Source: a virus (Duplodnaviria; Caudoviricetes). Taken from it: 51,296 bases of DNA. The notes beneath the pieces were generated by a model. That model was not told where the DNA came from. It saw only the letters and a program-made list of their open reading frames with translations, and searched no databases. Position numbers and translations under genes: made by a program. Below are positions 43,901-51,296 of the stretch, in pieces (position 1 is the first letter of the stretch; each line of letters opens with the position of its first letter). The stretch lies in the IMG/VR virus record IMGVR_UViG_3300044675_001281, positions 1 to 51,296 of that record. One strand, written 5' to 3'.

Positions 43901-44156
43901 GAATGCTTGGGGGACAATATCACCAACCATGAGGGTTGCGCCCACACTTGGGCAAACAGGAGTTTTAAATTTTCAAGGTGATGGCACTAATAACGCAAAT
44001 CAATCAGCTACGGGGCTAGGGTCAAATTTCTCCACCGCATATGCAATACTTCTTCTAGGAGTACCTAATTTTGCTGGTTTTACTACAGCAAGACCGGGAA
44101 CCTTGGCTGTCCCTGGAAGTAACTCAAATTACATAACAATGTCTGCGGAGCTATAG
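40953..44156 (+). CDS. Long fibre/receptor-binding protein, allele B (1067 aa)
   Basis: T/S/G/A-rich shaft with repeats (SPTLVTP.LGTPSSATLTNATGLP, TPSSANLA.AVTDETG.G.LVF), then an RN.LING.M...VQLEVG...CQRYY domain. Confidence 0.85.
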   Translation: MAFIYNLTDSWTDAATTWNGIKLAVTNTASSASSNLLNLTVTGATTASFVVDKSGNLALNGTVNKITFTAPATGATLTLADNSTFVTSGAYSSTFTFTGATTLTFPTSGTVTALGNSTTGSGAIVLASSPTLVTPNLGTPSSATLTNATGLPISTGVSGLGTGVSTALAVNVGSAGALVTFDGALGTPASGNLSNCTGYPAGSITGLGAGVATWLATPSSANLAAAVTDETGSGSLVFATSPTLVTPALGTPSSATLTNATGLPISTGVSGLGTGVATFLATPSSANLASAVTDETGSGALVFGTSPTIGSPTITGTATFNGSTSGTVAFKAPAIAGTTTFTLPAGNGTSGYVLVTDGLGNTSWAVSGGAAGNAAGLNKNVQFNDGGNMAGNAAFNFDKATANLALGIASTTTGSLSFYNSASANATTIQGGNASSAVTYTLPTAAPASNGYILSSTTGGTLSWANPTALGVDLDVGTTAITGGTSGRILYDNAGVLGELATTGTGNVVLATSPTLVTPALGTPTSGDFSTGTFTWPTFNQNTSGTAAGLSSTLAVASGGTGLTSGTSGGVLYYSATGTLASSAALTASALVIGGGAGVAPSTTTTGTGILTFLGTPSSANLAAAVTDETGTGSLVFSNSPTFNDDITLGVASTATGAAKFVGSTSGLVTLSVADAAGTWTMKLPTTAGTNGNVLVTDGSGNTSWSGAGTGDVVGPASATNNAIVRFDTTTGKLVQDSAVTIADTTGDISTPGTLVMGSSFKRNRLINGNMYIAQRATSATVTAGTAVPTASTGYPCVDRWFVYSTGANVTAAQVAGSGSNRSVLRITGAASVTAVGIGQRIEQLNSFDMAGQTATLSVELANSLLTTVTWTASYATTDDTFGTIGTPTKTQIATGTFTVNSTLTRYTTNISIPAAATTGIEILFTVGAQTSGTWDVDNVQLEVGSVATPYERQIYSDQLVQCQRYYQITAQLSGATPSATTVNAWGTISPTMRVAPTLGQTGVLNFQGDGTNNANQSATGLGSNFSTAYAILLLGVPNFAGFTTARPGTLAVPGSNSNYITMSAEL

Positions 44157-44390
44157 ATGACATATACACTTACATTGAATAGCTCAGTTACCCGCGATGC
44201 TGATGGCGCGTCTATTCCTGCCGACGAAGCCAATACAGACTATCAAGCCTATCTCGCTTGGGTAGCTGAAGGCAACGCGCCTAACCCATACGTCCCGCCG
44301 CCAGAACCAGCACCGCTAACGCCACAAGAGAAACTTGCGGCGGCGGGGCTAACGGTAGATGAATTAAAGACACTACTGGGTATTAGTTGA
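44157..44390 (+). CDS. Tail-fibre assembly-like protein (repeat copy)
   Basis: Identical to 6477-6710. Confidence 0.65.
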   Translation: MTYTLTLNSSVTRDADGASIPADEANTDYQAYLAWVAEGNAPNPYVPPPEPAPLTPQEKLAAAGLTVDELKTLLGIS

Positions 44391-44460
44391 CGATCAGACG
44401 CCTAAAGAGTAATAATACAGGTTACCGACTAGCCGGATAGCTAGGAAGATAGGAGGTCGC

Positions 44461-45243
44461 GTGAGCGACGAGGATCTCGCTACAGCGGAGATAAGCACCG
44501 CGCCAGAGTTGGAAGCTACGGTGGCCCCAACGACTGAGGAAAATAAACCGGAAGAACAGCCGCCCGAAAAGATGTTCACTCAAAAAGAGTTGGACGCTCT
44601 GATCGACAAGCGGTTTCGCAAAGAGAAGCTGAATGCGGCTAAAGCAGCCCAAGAGTTAGCTCAACTTCAGGCAGAATTGCAGGCTAAAGCTGCGACTCCG
44701 CCAGCGCCAGATGACTTTGAGAACGCTCAAGCCTATGCGGAAGCATTGGCGGAGCAAAAAGCTCAACAGCTTCTAGCGCGAAGAGAAGCAGAGCGACAAC
44801 AAACGGCTGTTCTTGAGGCATATCAAGACCGTGAAGAAGATGCTCGGAGCAAGTATGATGACTTTGAACAGGTCGCATACAACCCGAATCTTCCCGTAAC
44901 GGACTATATGGCTCAAGCGATACAGGCGTCCGATATTGGCCCCGAAGTGATCTATCACTTAGGGTCTAATCCTAAAGAAGCCCATCGAATAGCCAATTTG
45001 CCGCCGATCTTGCAAGCAAAGGAGATCGGTAGAATCGAGGCCAAACTGGCTTCTGATCCGCCGACAAAACGCACTTCAACTGCGCCAGCTCCTCTTGCTC
45101 CTGTCACGGCTACTCGGTCAAGCTCCGGCCCTAGATATGATACGACAGACCCTCGGTCACTGAAGTCGATGTCAACGTCAGAATGGATTGAAGCCGAACG
45201 GTTGCGACAGATCAAGAAGTGGGAAGCGCAAAACCGTAGGTAA
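44461..45243 (+). CDS. Scaffolding protein (repeat copy)
   Basis: Identical to 6781-7563. Confidence 0.85.
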   Translation: MSDEDLATAEISTAPELEATVAPTTEENKPEEQPPEKMFTQKELDALIDKRFRKEKLNAAKAAQELAQLQAELQAKAATPPAPDDFENAQAYAEALAEQKAQQLLARREAERQQTAVLEAYQDREEDARSKYDDFEQVAYNPNLPVTDYMAQAIQASDIGPEVIYHLGSNPKEAHRIANLPPILQAKEIGRIEAKLASDPPTKRTSTAPAPLAPVTATRSSSGPRYDTTDPRSLKSMSTSEWIEAERLRQIKKWEAQNRR

Positions 45244-45250
45244 TTAAATC

Positions 45251-46447
45251 ATGTCTAACTCGATTTTAACAATCGACATGATTACTCGCAAGGCTCTTGA
45301 GATCCTTGAGAATAGTCTTGTCCTCACGCGCACTGTAAACCGTCAGTATGACGACTCTTTCGCTGTAGAAGGCGCTAAGATCGGCTCGACCCTTCGCATC
45401 CGTCTTCCTGACCGCGCATTGGTCACGGACGGCGCTGCCCTTCAGGTTCAGGACGACAACGAGCAATACACCACGCTCACTGTTTCCAGCCAGAAGCACA
45501 TCGGCGTGAACTTCACGACCGCCGAACTCACGATGCAGTTGGACGACTTCGCTGAACGTGTTCTGAAGCCTCGTATTTCGCAGCTCGCGTCTTCTATCGA
45601 CGCCGACGTTGCAAACAGCTTCAAATACATCGGCAACTCGGTCGGCACCCCAGGCACCACGCCTGCTACGTCGCTCGTTTTGTTGCAAGCTCAACAGAAG
45701 CTCAACGAGAACGCTGCGGTTATGAGCCCACGTTATGCCACTGTTAACCCAGCCGCTAACGCTGCGTTAATCGAAGGCATGAAAGGTCTGTTCAACCCTG
45801 TTTCAGCTATCTCGAAGCAGTTCAAGAACGGCATGTTTGGTGAAGGCATCCTCGGCTACGACGAGCTGAATATGTCTCAGTCAATCAAGCAGTTCACGAC
45901 CGGCTCACGCGCTGGCACCGTAACTGTCAATGCGACTGTCACGACCGAAGGTTCAACGACTGTTGTTCTGACGGGTCTTACGACCACGACGATCAAAGCT
46001 GGCGACGTGTTCACCATCGCTGACGTGTATGCTGTCAACCCACAGACCCGTGAGTCAACCGGCTCGCTGTATCAGTTCGTAGCTCTTGCTGACGTTACGG
46101 CGTCAACGACTGCTTCGGTTACTGTTCCTGCGATGTATTCGGCTTCTCAGGCTCTTGCTACGGTTGACGCTCTGCCAGTATCTGGCAAAGCGGTCACGTT
46201 CCTTGGCGCTGCCTCAACGCAGTATCCACAGAACTTGATCTATCATCGTGACGCGATCAGCTTCGCTACCGCCGATCTTCTGCTTCCGCAGGGTGTCGAT
46301 ATGGCAAGCCGTCAAGTCCACAATGGCATTTCGCTCCGCGTTGTTCGTCAGTATGACATCAACAATGATCGTCTGCCTTGCCGTATTGACGTGCTCTATG
46401 GCTACAGCGTGATTCGTCCGCAGATGGCCGTTCGCCTTTGGGGTTAA
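45251..46447 (+). CDS. Major capsid protein (repeat copy)
   Basis: Identical to 7571-8767. Confidence 0.92.
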   Translation: MSNSILTIDMITRKALEILENSLVLTRTVNRQYDDSFAVEGAKIGSTLRIRLPDRALVTDGAALQVQDDNEQYTTLTVSSQKHIGVNFTTAELTMQLDDFAERVLKPRISQLASSIDADVANSFKYIGNSVGTPGTTPATSLVLLQAQQKLNENAAVMSPRYATVNPAANAALIEGMKGLFNPVSAISKQFKNGMFGEGILGYDELNMSQSIKQFTTGSRAGTVTVNATVTTEGSTTVVLTGLTTTTIKAGDVFTIADVYAVNPQTRESTGSLYQFVALADVTASTTASVTVPAMYSASQALATVDALPVSGKAVTFLGAASTQYPQNLIYHRDAISFATADLLLPQGVDMASRQVHNGISLRVVRQYDINNDRLPCRIDVLYGYSVIRPQMAVRLWG

Positions 46448-46451
46448 GTAA

Positions 46452-46471
46452 AAGGGGGCTAAAGCCCCCTT
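46452..46471 (+). terminator. Stem-loop after capsid gene (repeat copy)
   Basis: Identical to 8772-8791. Confidence 0.65.
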
Positions 46472-46497
46472 GTTCACCTATTATTGGAGTTTAATCC

Positions 46498-46980
46498 ATG
46501 ACTACAACTGCAAATGCGGCTTACCCGCTTGAGACGTTTGGCCCTTACGGCGCGCTTCCGAACGGCGAAGGTGGCTACCAGGTAGGTGACGGCAATCTGT
46601 CCGGCACCAATTTCATCAACACGCCAACCCCTGCGGCTATCCCCGCGGGCGCGGCTACGCTTACGGCTGCACAGGTCGTTGGTGGATTGATTCTTGGCAG
46701 CCCAGGCGCTTCAGCGGCAGCTTATACGCTTCCGACTGTTGCTAATCTTGAAGCCGAACTTATAGCGGTCGTTAAAGTTGGCGCAACCTTCGACTTCTCG
46801 ATCATCAACGTCGATGGTTCCAGCTCTGGCGTTATCACTGTGACGACAAACACGGGTTGGTCAATCGGCACTTCTGGCAGTCAGGGTCTGATGACCATTG
46901 CGGCTGTTGCTGGAACGACACAGCGCTATCGCGCTCGTAAGACCAGTGCTACCACTTGGGCGCTTTACCGCATCTCGTAA
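46498..46980 (+). CDS. Putative decoration protein (repeat copy)
   Basis: Identical to 8818-9300. Confidence 0.6.
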   Translation: MTTTANAAYPLETFGPYGALPNGEGGYQVGDGNLSGTNFINTPTPAAIPAGAATLTAAQVVGGLILGSPGASAAAYTLPTVANLEAELIAVVKVGATFDFSIINVDGSSSGVITVTTNTGWSIGTSGSQGLMTIAAVAGTTQRYRARKTSATTWALYRIS

Positions 46981-46995
46981 TAAAGGATAAAGGCA

Positions 46996-47343
46996 ATGCC
47001 AAACACAAAACCTGTAGGTGTTGCCTTTTCTGATCCCGAACTCGTAAGTGGCACAACCATTACGGGCGCGACGATCAGCGGAGGCACTATCTCGGCTCCT
47101 ACGATTACCGGCGCGACTCTGACGACAGCTACTGTCTCAGGCACGTTTACCTCGACGGCTACTACCGGCCCTGTTGTTGCTAACGCAACGGCTGGTCTGT
47201 ATTTCCTGACTACTGCTATTACGGCTGGAACGACCACCACGACTGCCCCTGCGGGATCGTTGGCAACAACGACTAACGCTACGGGCGCTGGTAAACTGTT
47301 CACGTCAGTTGCGGGTAAATGGGAATTTCCAGTTCTCACCTAA
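46996..47343 (+). CDS. Thr-rich virion protein (repeat copy)
   Basis: Identical to 9316-9663. Confidence 0.6.
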   Translation: MPNTKPVGVAFSDPELVSGTTITGATISGGTISAPTITGATLTTATVSGTFTSTATTGPVVANATAGLYFLTTAITAGTTTTTAPAGSLATTTNATGAGKLFTSVAGKWEFPVLT

Positions 47344-47351
47344 TTAAAATC

Positions 47352-47369
47352 GGCGGGCTACGGCCCGCC
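47352..47369 (+). terminator. C(UACG)G hairpin (repeat copy)
   Basis: Identical to 9672-9689. Confidence 0.6.
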
Positions 47370-47388
47370 AATTAATAGAAAGCTACAT

Positions 47389-47592
47389 ATGGCTGTTATT
47401 TATTTGAAACACCCCGAACATGGGGTTAAAGTGGCGTGTCTCGACCTAGAGGCCGAAGCCGATATTGAGAACGGCTGGGAGAGGTTCGACCCAAATGACG
47501 ACATATTCGTGTTACGATCAGATCGTGGGAGCGTTGAGGCTCCTCGGAGTGTTAGCCGAAGGCGAAACGCCCTCGTCAGAGACAGCGAATGA
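47389..47592 (+). CDS. Small hypothetical protein (repeat copy)
   Basis: Identical to 9709-9912. Confidence 0.55.
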   Translation: MAVIYLKHPEHGVKVACLDLEAEADIENGWERFDPNDDIFVLRSDRGSVEAPRSVSRRRNALVRDSE

Positions 47593-48211
47593 CGCGCTAT
47601 TTGCTCTGAATCAAATGATCGACAGTTGGAATACCGAACGACTGTCGGTGTTCTCAACTCAGGATCAGACCTTTCTTTGGCCCGCAGGCGAGAAAAACCG
47701 CACGCTAGGCCCGACCGGCGACTTCGTGGGCGAGCGCCCTGTATTGCTGGACGACTCTACCTACTTCCGCGACCCGCAGACCAACGTGTCTTACGGCATT
47801 AAATTTATCAATCAGCAACAATATAACGGCATTGCGGTTAAGACCGTAACGTCTACTTACCCACAGGTCATATTCACCAATATGACCTACCCGAACATTG
47901 ATATGGTCATCTATCCAGTCCCTTTAAGACTGTTAGAATGGCATTTCATTTCAGTAGAAAAGCTGTCGCAGCCTGCTAATCTAGCAACGGCGATCCTTTT
48001 CCCGCCAGGGTATCTACGGGCGTTCCGTTACAATCTGGCTTGCGAGCTGGCCCCTGAGTTTGGCGTTGAGCCATCGCCTACGGTCAGCCGGATCGCTATG
48101 TATAGCAAGCGCAATCTGAAGCGCATCAATAACCCTGACGACATCATGGCGCTGCCTTACAGCATTGTCGGCACACGTCAGCGCTATAACATCTATGCGG
48201 GCAACTACTGA
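47495..48211 (+). CDS. gp4-like head-to-tail adaptor (repeat copy)
   Basis: Identical to 9815-10531. Confidence 0.75.
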   Translation: MTTYSCYDQIVGALRLLGVLAEGETPSSETANDALFALNQMIDSWNTERLSVFSTQDQTFLWPAGEKNRTLGPTGDFVGERPVLLDDSTYFRDPQTNVSYGIKFINQQQYNGIAVKTVTSTYPQVIFTNMTYPNIDMVIYPVPLRLLEWHFISVEKLSQPANLATAILFPPGYLRAFRYNLACELAPEFGVEPSPTVSRIAMYSKRNLKRINNPDDIMALPYSIVGTRQRYNIYAGNY

Positions 48212-49992
48212 TGGTCGCAACGCCTATTCTTGGCTCTAGTTATGTCACCCGCAGTCCAAATGCGGCTGACAACCGTATGGTTAATCTATTCCCTGAAGTT
48301 GTGCCTGAAGGCGGTAAGCAGCCTGCGTGGCTACAACGCGCGCCAGGGCTGCGCTTTCTTCAGACGTTAGGCGCAGGGCCAGTCCGTGGGCTTTGGACGT
48401 TTACAAGCGACACAATAGACCCGGCTCCTGGCGAGTCAGCGACAACGGCGTATGGCTATGCGGTATCCGCAACGACGCTTTATCGGATTGATTCTGACTG
48501 GAACTATACCGCGATAGGAACAATTTCCGGCTCTAGCCAAGTCAATATGACCGACAACGGGCGGCAGATGTTTATCGCTGCCGGAACGAACGGATATATT
48601 TACAATAGCACGTATAAAGAACTTGCATTTAACACGACCAACACAAGCACGACTGTATCGGGCGGCGACACGACGTATCTTTACCCTGGTCAGCCTGTGT
48701 CAGGGACGGGCATACCTACAGGCGCGACGGTTGCGAGCGTTACAAACGGAACTGATTTTGTTTTATCAGCCGCTGCGACTGCCACCAATACAGGCGTCAC
48801 TCTGACATTTAGCCCTTTTCTAACGCAGCTTTCGGCTCCTTTTGCAGGCGCTGTCGGATGCGGCTTTTTGGATGGTTGGTTTGTCTATAACCAACCAGAC
48901 AGTCAGATTTTCTGGGTTTTGGATTCAACAAGCACGACTGTCGATCCGCTTTACTTCGCCAGCGCTGAAGGTTCGCCAGACAATCTTGTCACGCTTATCG
49001 TAGACCATCGCGAAGTCTGGCTATTTGGCACAAACTCAGTCGAAGTCTGGTATGACGCCGGTTTGCCCGATTTTCCGTTAGCGCGTATCCAAGGCGCATT
49101 TAACGAAATAGGTTGTCTTGCGGCTTATTCAGTCGCCAAGCTCGACAACGGTCTGTTCTGGCTGGGCGCTGACGCGCGCGGTAACGGTATCGTCTACCGC
49201 TCTAAAGGTTATTCCGGCGAGCGCGTTTCGACTCATGCGGTCGAATGGCAAATCCAACAATATTCAACGCTGTCTGACGCTGTGGGCTACACCTATCAAC
49301 AGGACGGCCATAGCTTCTATGTTCTTAACTTTCCTAACGCTAACACGACATGGGTTTATGACGTAGCGACAGGCGCTTGGCATGAGCGCGCTGGCTGGGA
49401 AAATAATGACTTTACCCGCACACGCGGGAATTGTCAGATGAACTTCAACAATGAGATCGTCATCGGCGACTACCGCACAGGCGAAATCTTTGCATATGAC
49501 CCAACAATCTATTCAGAAGCAGGCACGACGCAAAAATGGCTACGCTCATGGCGTGCTCTGCCTACTGGCCAGAACGACCTAAATCGTTCGACGCAGCATA
49601 GTCTTCAGCTCGACTGTCAGGCAGGCGTCGGTCTTCCAGGCTACAGTCAGGAGGAAGTCAATGCTATTATTTATATTTATGACCGCAATGATGATTTCAT
49701 TCTTGACCGCTTTGGGTCTGCATTAAAGATCCGCGACTACGCTCAATACTCAGTTACGATTGGTGCAGATCCACAGGTCATGCTGCGCTGGTCTGACGAT
49801 GGCGGTCACACATGGTCAAATGAGCATTGGAAATCTATGGGTAAGATCGGTCAGACAGGCTACCGCACGATTTGGCGGCGTCTTGGCATGACACTCAAAC
49901 TTCGCGATAGGGTCTACGAGATATCGGGCACTGACCCTGTTCAGATCGCCATCATGGGCGCTGAACTGCATGTGAGCCCGACCAATGCCTAA
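48211..49992 (+). CDS. gp10-like stabilization protein (repeat copy)
   Basis: Identical to 10531-12312. Confidence 0.85.
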   Translation: MVATPILGSSYVTRSPNAADNRMVNLFPEVVPEGGKQPAWLQRAPGLRFLQTLGAGPVRGLWTFTSDTIDPAPGESATTAYGYAVSATTLYRIDSDWNYTAIGTISGSSQVNMTDNGRQMFIAAGTNGYIYNSTYKELAFNTTNTSTTVSGGDTTYLYPGQPVSGTGIPTGATVASVTNGTDFVLSAAATATNTGVTLTFSPFLTQLSAPFAGAVGCGFLDGWFVYNQPDSQIFWVLDSTSTTVDPLYFASAEGSPDNLVTLIVDHREVWLFGTNSVEVWYDAGLPDFPLARIQGAFNEIGCLAAYSVAKLDNGLFWLGADARGNGIVYRSKGYSGERVSTHAVEWQIQQYSTLSDAVGYTYQQDGHSFYVLNFPNANTTWVYDVATGAWHERAGWENNDFTRTRGNCQMNFNNEIVIGDYRTGEIFAYDPTIYSEAGTTQKWLRSWRALPTGQNDLNRSTQHSLQLDCQAGVGLPGYSQEEVNAIIYIYDRNDDFILDRFGSALKIRDYAQYSVTIGADPQVMLRWSDDGGHTWSNEHWKSMGKIGQTGYRTIWRRLGMTLKLRDRVYEISGTDPVQIAIMGAELHVSPTNA

Positions 49993-50593
49993 TCTAGTTG
50001 ATAACAACACTCAGATCCCCGCCGCTCGCGTCAAAATGAACGATGATGCTACGGGATTCGTTAACCGCCCATGGTATCGTTGGTTTTTTAATACCTACCA
50101 AGCTCTTGAAGCTGGACGGCGGTATGGGTCGTTTTATAGCACAACGACTTTTACGCCTGCCGCAATTAACACGGCGTATGCAATAACTTTTAATAATACG
50201 TTTACACGCGCTGACGGTTCAGATGTAACATACGGTGTCTATGTTGGCACACCAACGTCGCGTATTTATGTAGACAATACAGCTACTTATAATTTTCAGT
50301 TTTCGGCGCAGCTACAAAATATATCTGGGTCGGGGCATAGTGTTTTTATATGGCCACGCATTAACGGCATAAATGTTGATGATTCTGCTACGCAAGTAAC
50401 TTTAGGCGGCGGGTCTAACGCGGCGGCTGTTGCGGCGTGGAATTTCGTGCTAAACCTTCAGACCGGTGATTATTTTGAACTTATATATTCGGTAGATAGC
50501 ACAAACGTCAGAATACCTTATGTGGCTGCGTCTAGCCCCGTTCCCGCTATTCCTTCGGTCATCCTGACCGTTACAAGTTGTGTAGGTGTCTAA
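49985..50593 (+). CDS. Tail accessory protein (repeat copy)
   Basis: Identical to 12305-12913. Confidence 0.6.
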   Translation: MPNLVDNNTQIPAARVKMNDDATGFVNRPWYRWFFNTYQALEAGRRYGSFYSTTTFTPAAINTAYAITFNNTFTRADGSDVTYGVYVGTPTSRIYVDNTATYNFQFSAQLQNISGSGHSVFIWPRINGINVDDSATQVTLGGGSNAAAVAAWNFVLNLQTGDYFELIYSVDSTNVRIPYVAASSPVPAIPSVILTVTSCVGV

Positions 50594-51296
50594 ATGGCTG
50601 TTGTATCGCCCACCGCTAAAGCTCAGTTTATTGACGCCGCAGGCATACCGCTGGCAGGCGGTTTTCTCTATACTTATGAAGCTGGCACGACCACGCCGCA
50701 GGCGACCTACACGGACTCAACCGCAGCGACGGCGAACAGCAATCCTATTGTGTTGGATTCGCGTGGCGAAGCTAATATCTGGTTATCGTCAGCTAACTAT
50801 AAATTTAAACTGACAAACTCCGAAGGCACTGAGATTTGGACGGTCGATAATATTGCCGCGCCATCTACGGCGTTGTCGCCGGTCTTTTCCAGTAACGTCA
50901 CCATTTCTGCCAATACTTCTGGCCCAGCGCTTCTTGTCACGCAAACGGGCGCAGGCGCGGCTATTAGAGTGCAAGACTCCGCGGATCCTGACTCATCGCC
51001 ATTTGTTGTTGACACGACAGGTCAGGTAGGTATTGGCACCGCAACACCCGCAAACGCTATTGACGTAGCTGGCGGCGCTATTCAGATCTCGACATCTGGC
51101 GGCGTATCCCGCACAGTTATGTCGGCGGATTCAACGGATTCTATATTCGATGTAAGTGACGACCGTAACTTTACGGTTAAGACTAACGCCGGAACGCGGC
51201 TTACTATTAACTCTAGCGGATCTACCTTTACTGGATCTGTTACGGCGACTAGCTTTACCGGCGCATGGGCGAATATACCGTCCGGCACGGCGATGT
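50594..51296 (+). CDS. Tail fibre/spike (repeat copy, 3'-truncated by window end)
   Basis: Identical to 12914-13616. Confidence 0.8.
   Translation, partial: MAVVSPTAKAQFIDAAGIPLAGGFLYTYEAGTTTPQATYTDSTAATANSNPIVLDSRGEANIWLSSANYKFKLTNSEGTEIWTVDNIAAPSTALSPVFSSNVTISANTSGPALLVTQTGAGAAIRVQDSADPDSSPFVVDTTGQVGIGTATPANAIDVAGGAIQISTSGGVSRTVMSADSTDSIFDVSDDRNFTVKTNAGTRLTINSSGSTFTGSVTATSFTGAWANIPSGTAM

Larger units (their letters stand above)
43835..51296 (+). repeat. 7,462-bp direct repeat, copy 2 of 6155-13616
   Basis: Identical ORF set at offset +37,680, running to the window end. Confidence 0.95.

Noticed and set aside
43835-51296. True gene duplication of capsid/neck genes or long terminal repeat
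   Set aside because: Perfect identity and circularly permuted gene order are better explained by over-assembly of a circular map.
1-51296. tRNA/rRNA genes, integrase/att site, alternative genetic code
   Set aside because: No cloverleaf or integrase motifs were seen by eye, and core genes are intact in the standard code. tRNAscan-SE/ARAGORN would be needed to exclude tRNAs formally.

Overview
The window is a tailed dsDNA phage of about 37.7-38.1 kb, read through about 1.36 genome lengths. It has a P22-like (podovirus-type) virion module: TerS, TerL, portal, scaffold, gp5-type coat, gp4/gp10-like neck, fibre/spike and three ejection proteins. It also carries a GH108 endolysin/holin/spanin lysis cassette and an APSE/SPO2-like replication set (family A DNA polymerase, AEP primase-SF3 helicase, SNF2 helicase, VRR-NUC, DUF2800 Cas4-like nuclease, putative SSB). 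A leftward cluster of small early genes ends at a repeat-rich non-coding region (33.94-34.62 kb). No integrase, reverse transcriptase, tRNA or CRISPR array was seen. Several clues (DnaA-C-type HTH, suhB-like RNA, GCTATA-type -10) suggest an alphaproteobacterial host (inference). Bases 6155-13616 recur apparently identically at 43835-51296 (offset 37,680). The portal-to-scaffold interval, however, occurs as two different alleles: A (1-6154, a chain of small fibre/adaptor genes) and B (38054-43834, an HNH-AP2 endonuclease plus one 1067-aa fibre). The alleles rejoin inside a conserved fibre motif. This most likely reflects two co-assembled strains. Other notable signals are a suhB/alpha-r8-like small RNA whose anti-SD core matches the phage's own AGGGGA ribosome-binding sites, recoded flanks around the optional homing endonuclease, an iteron-like inverted array and a repeated TGTAAYAAAT motif. 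All family assignments come from motif recognition by eye, not from database searches.
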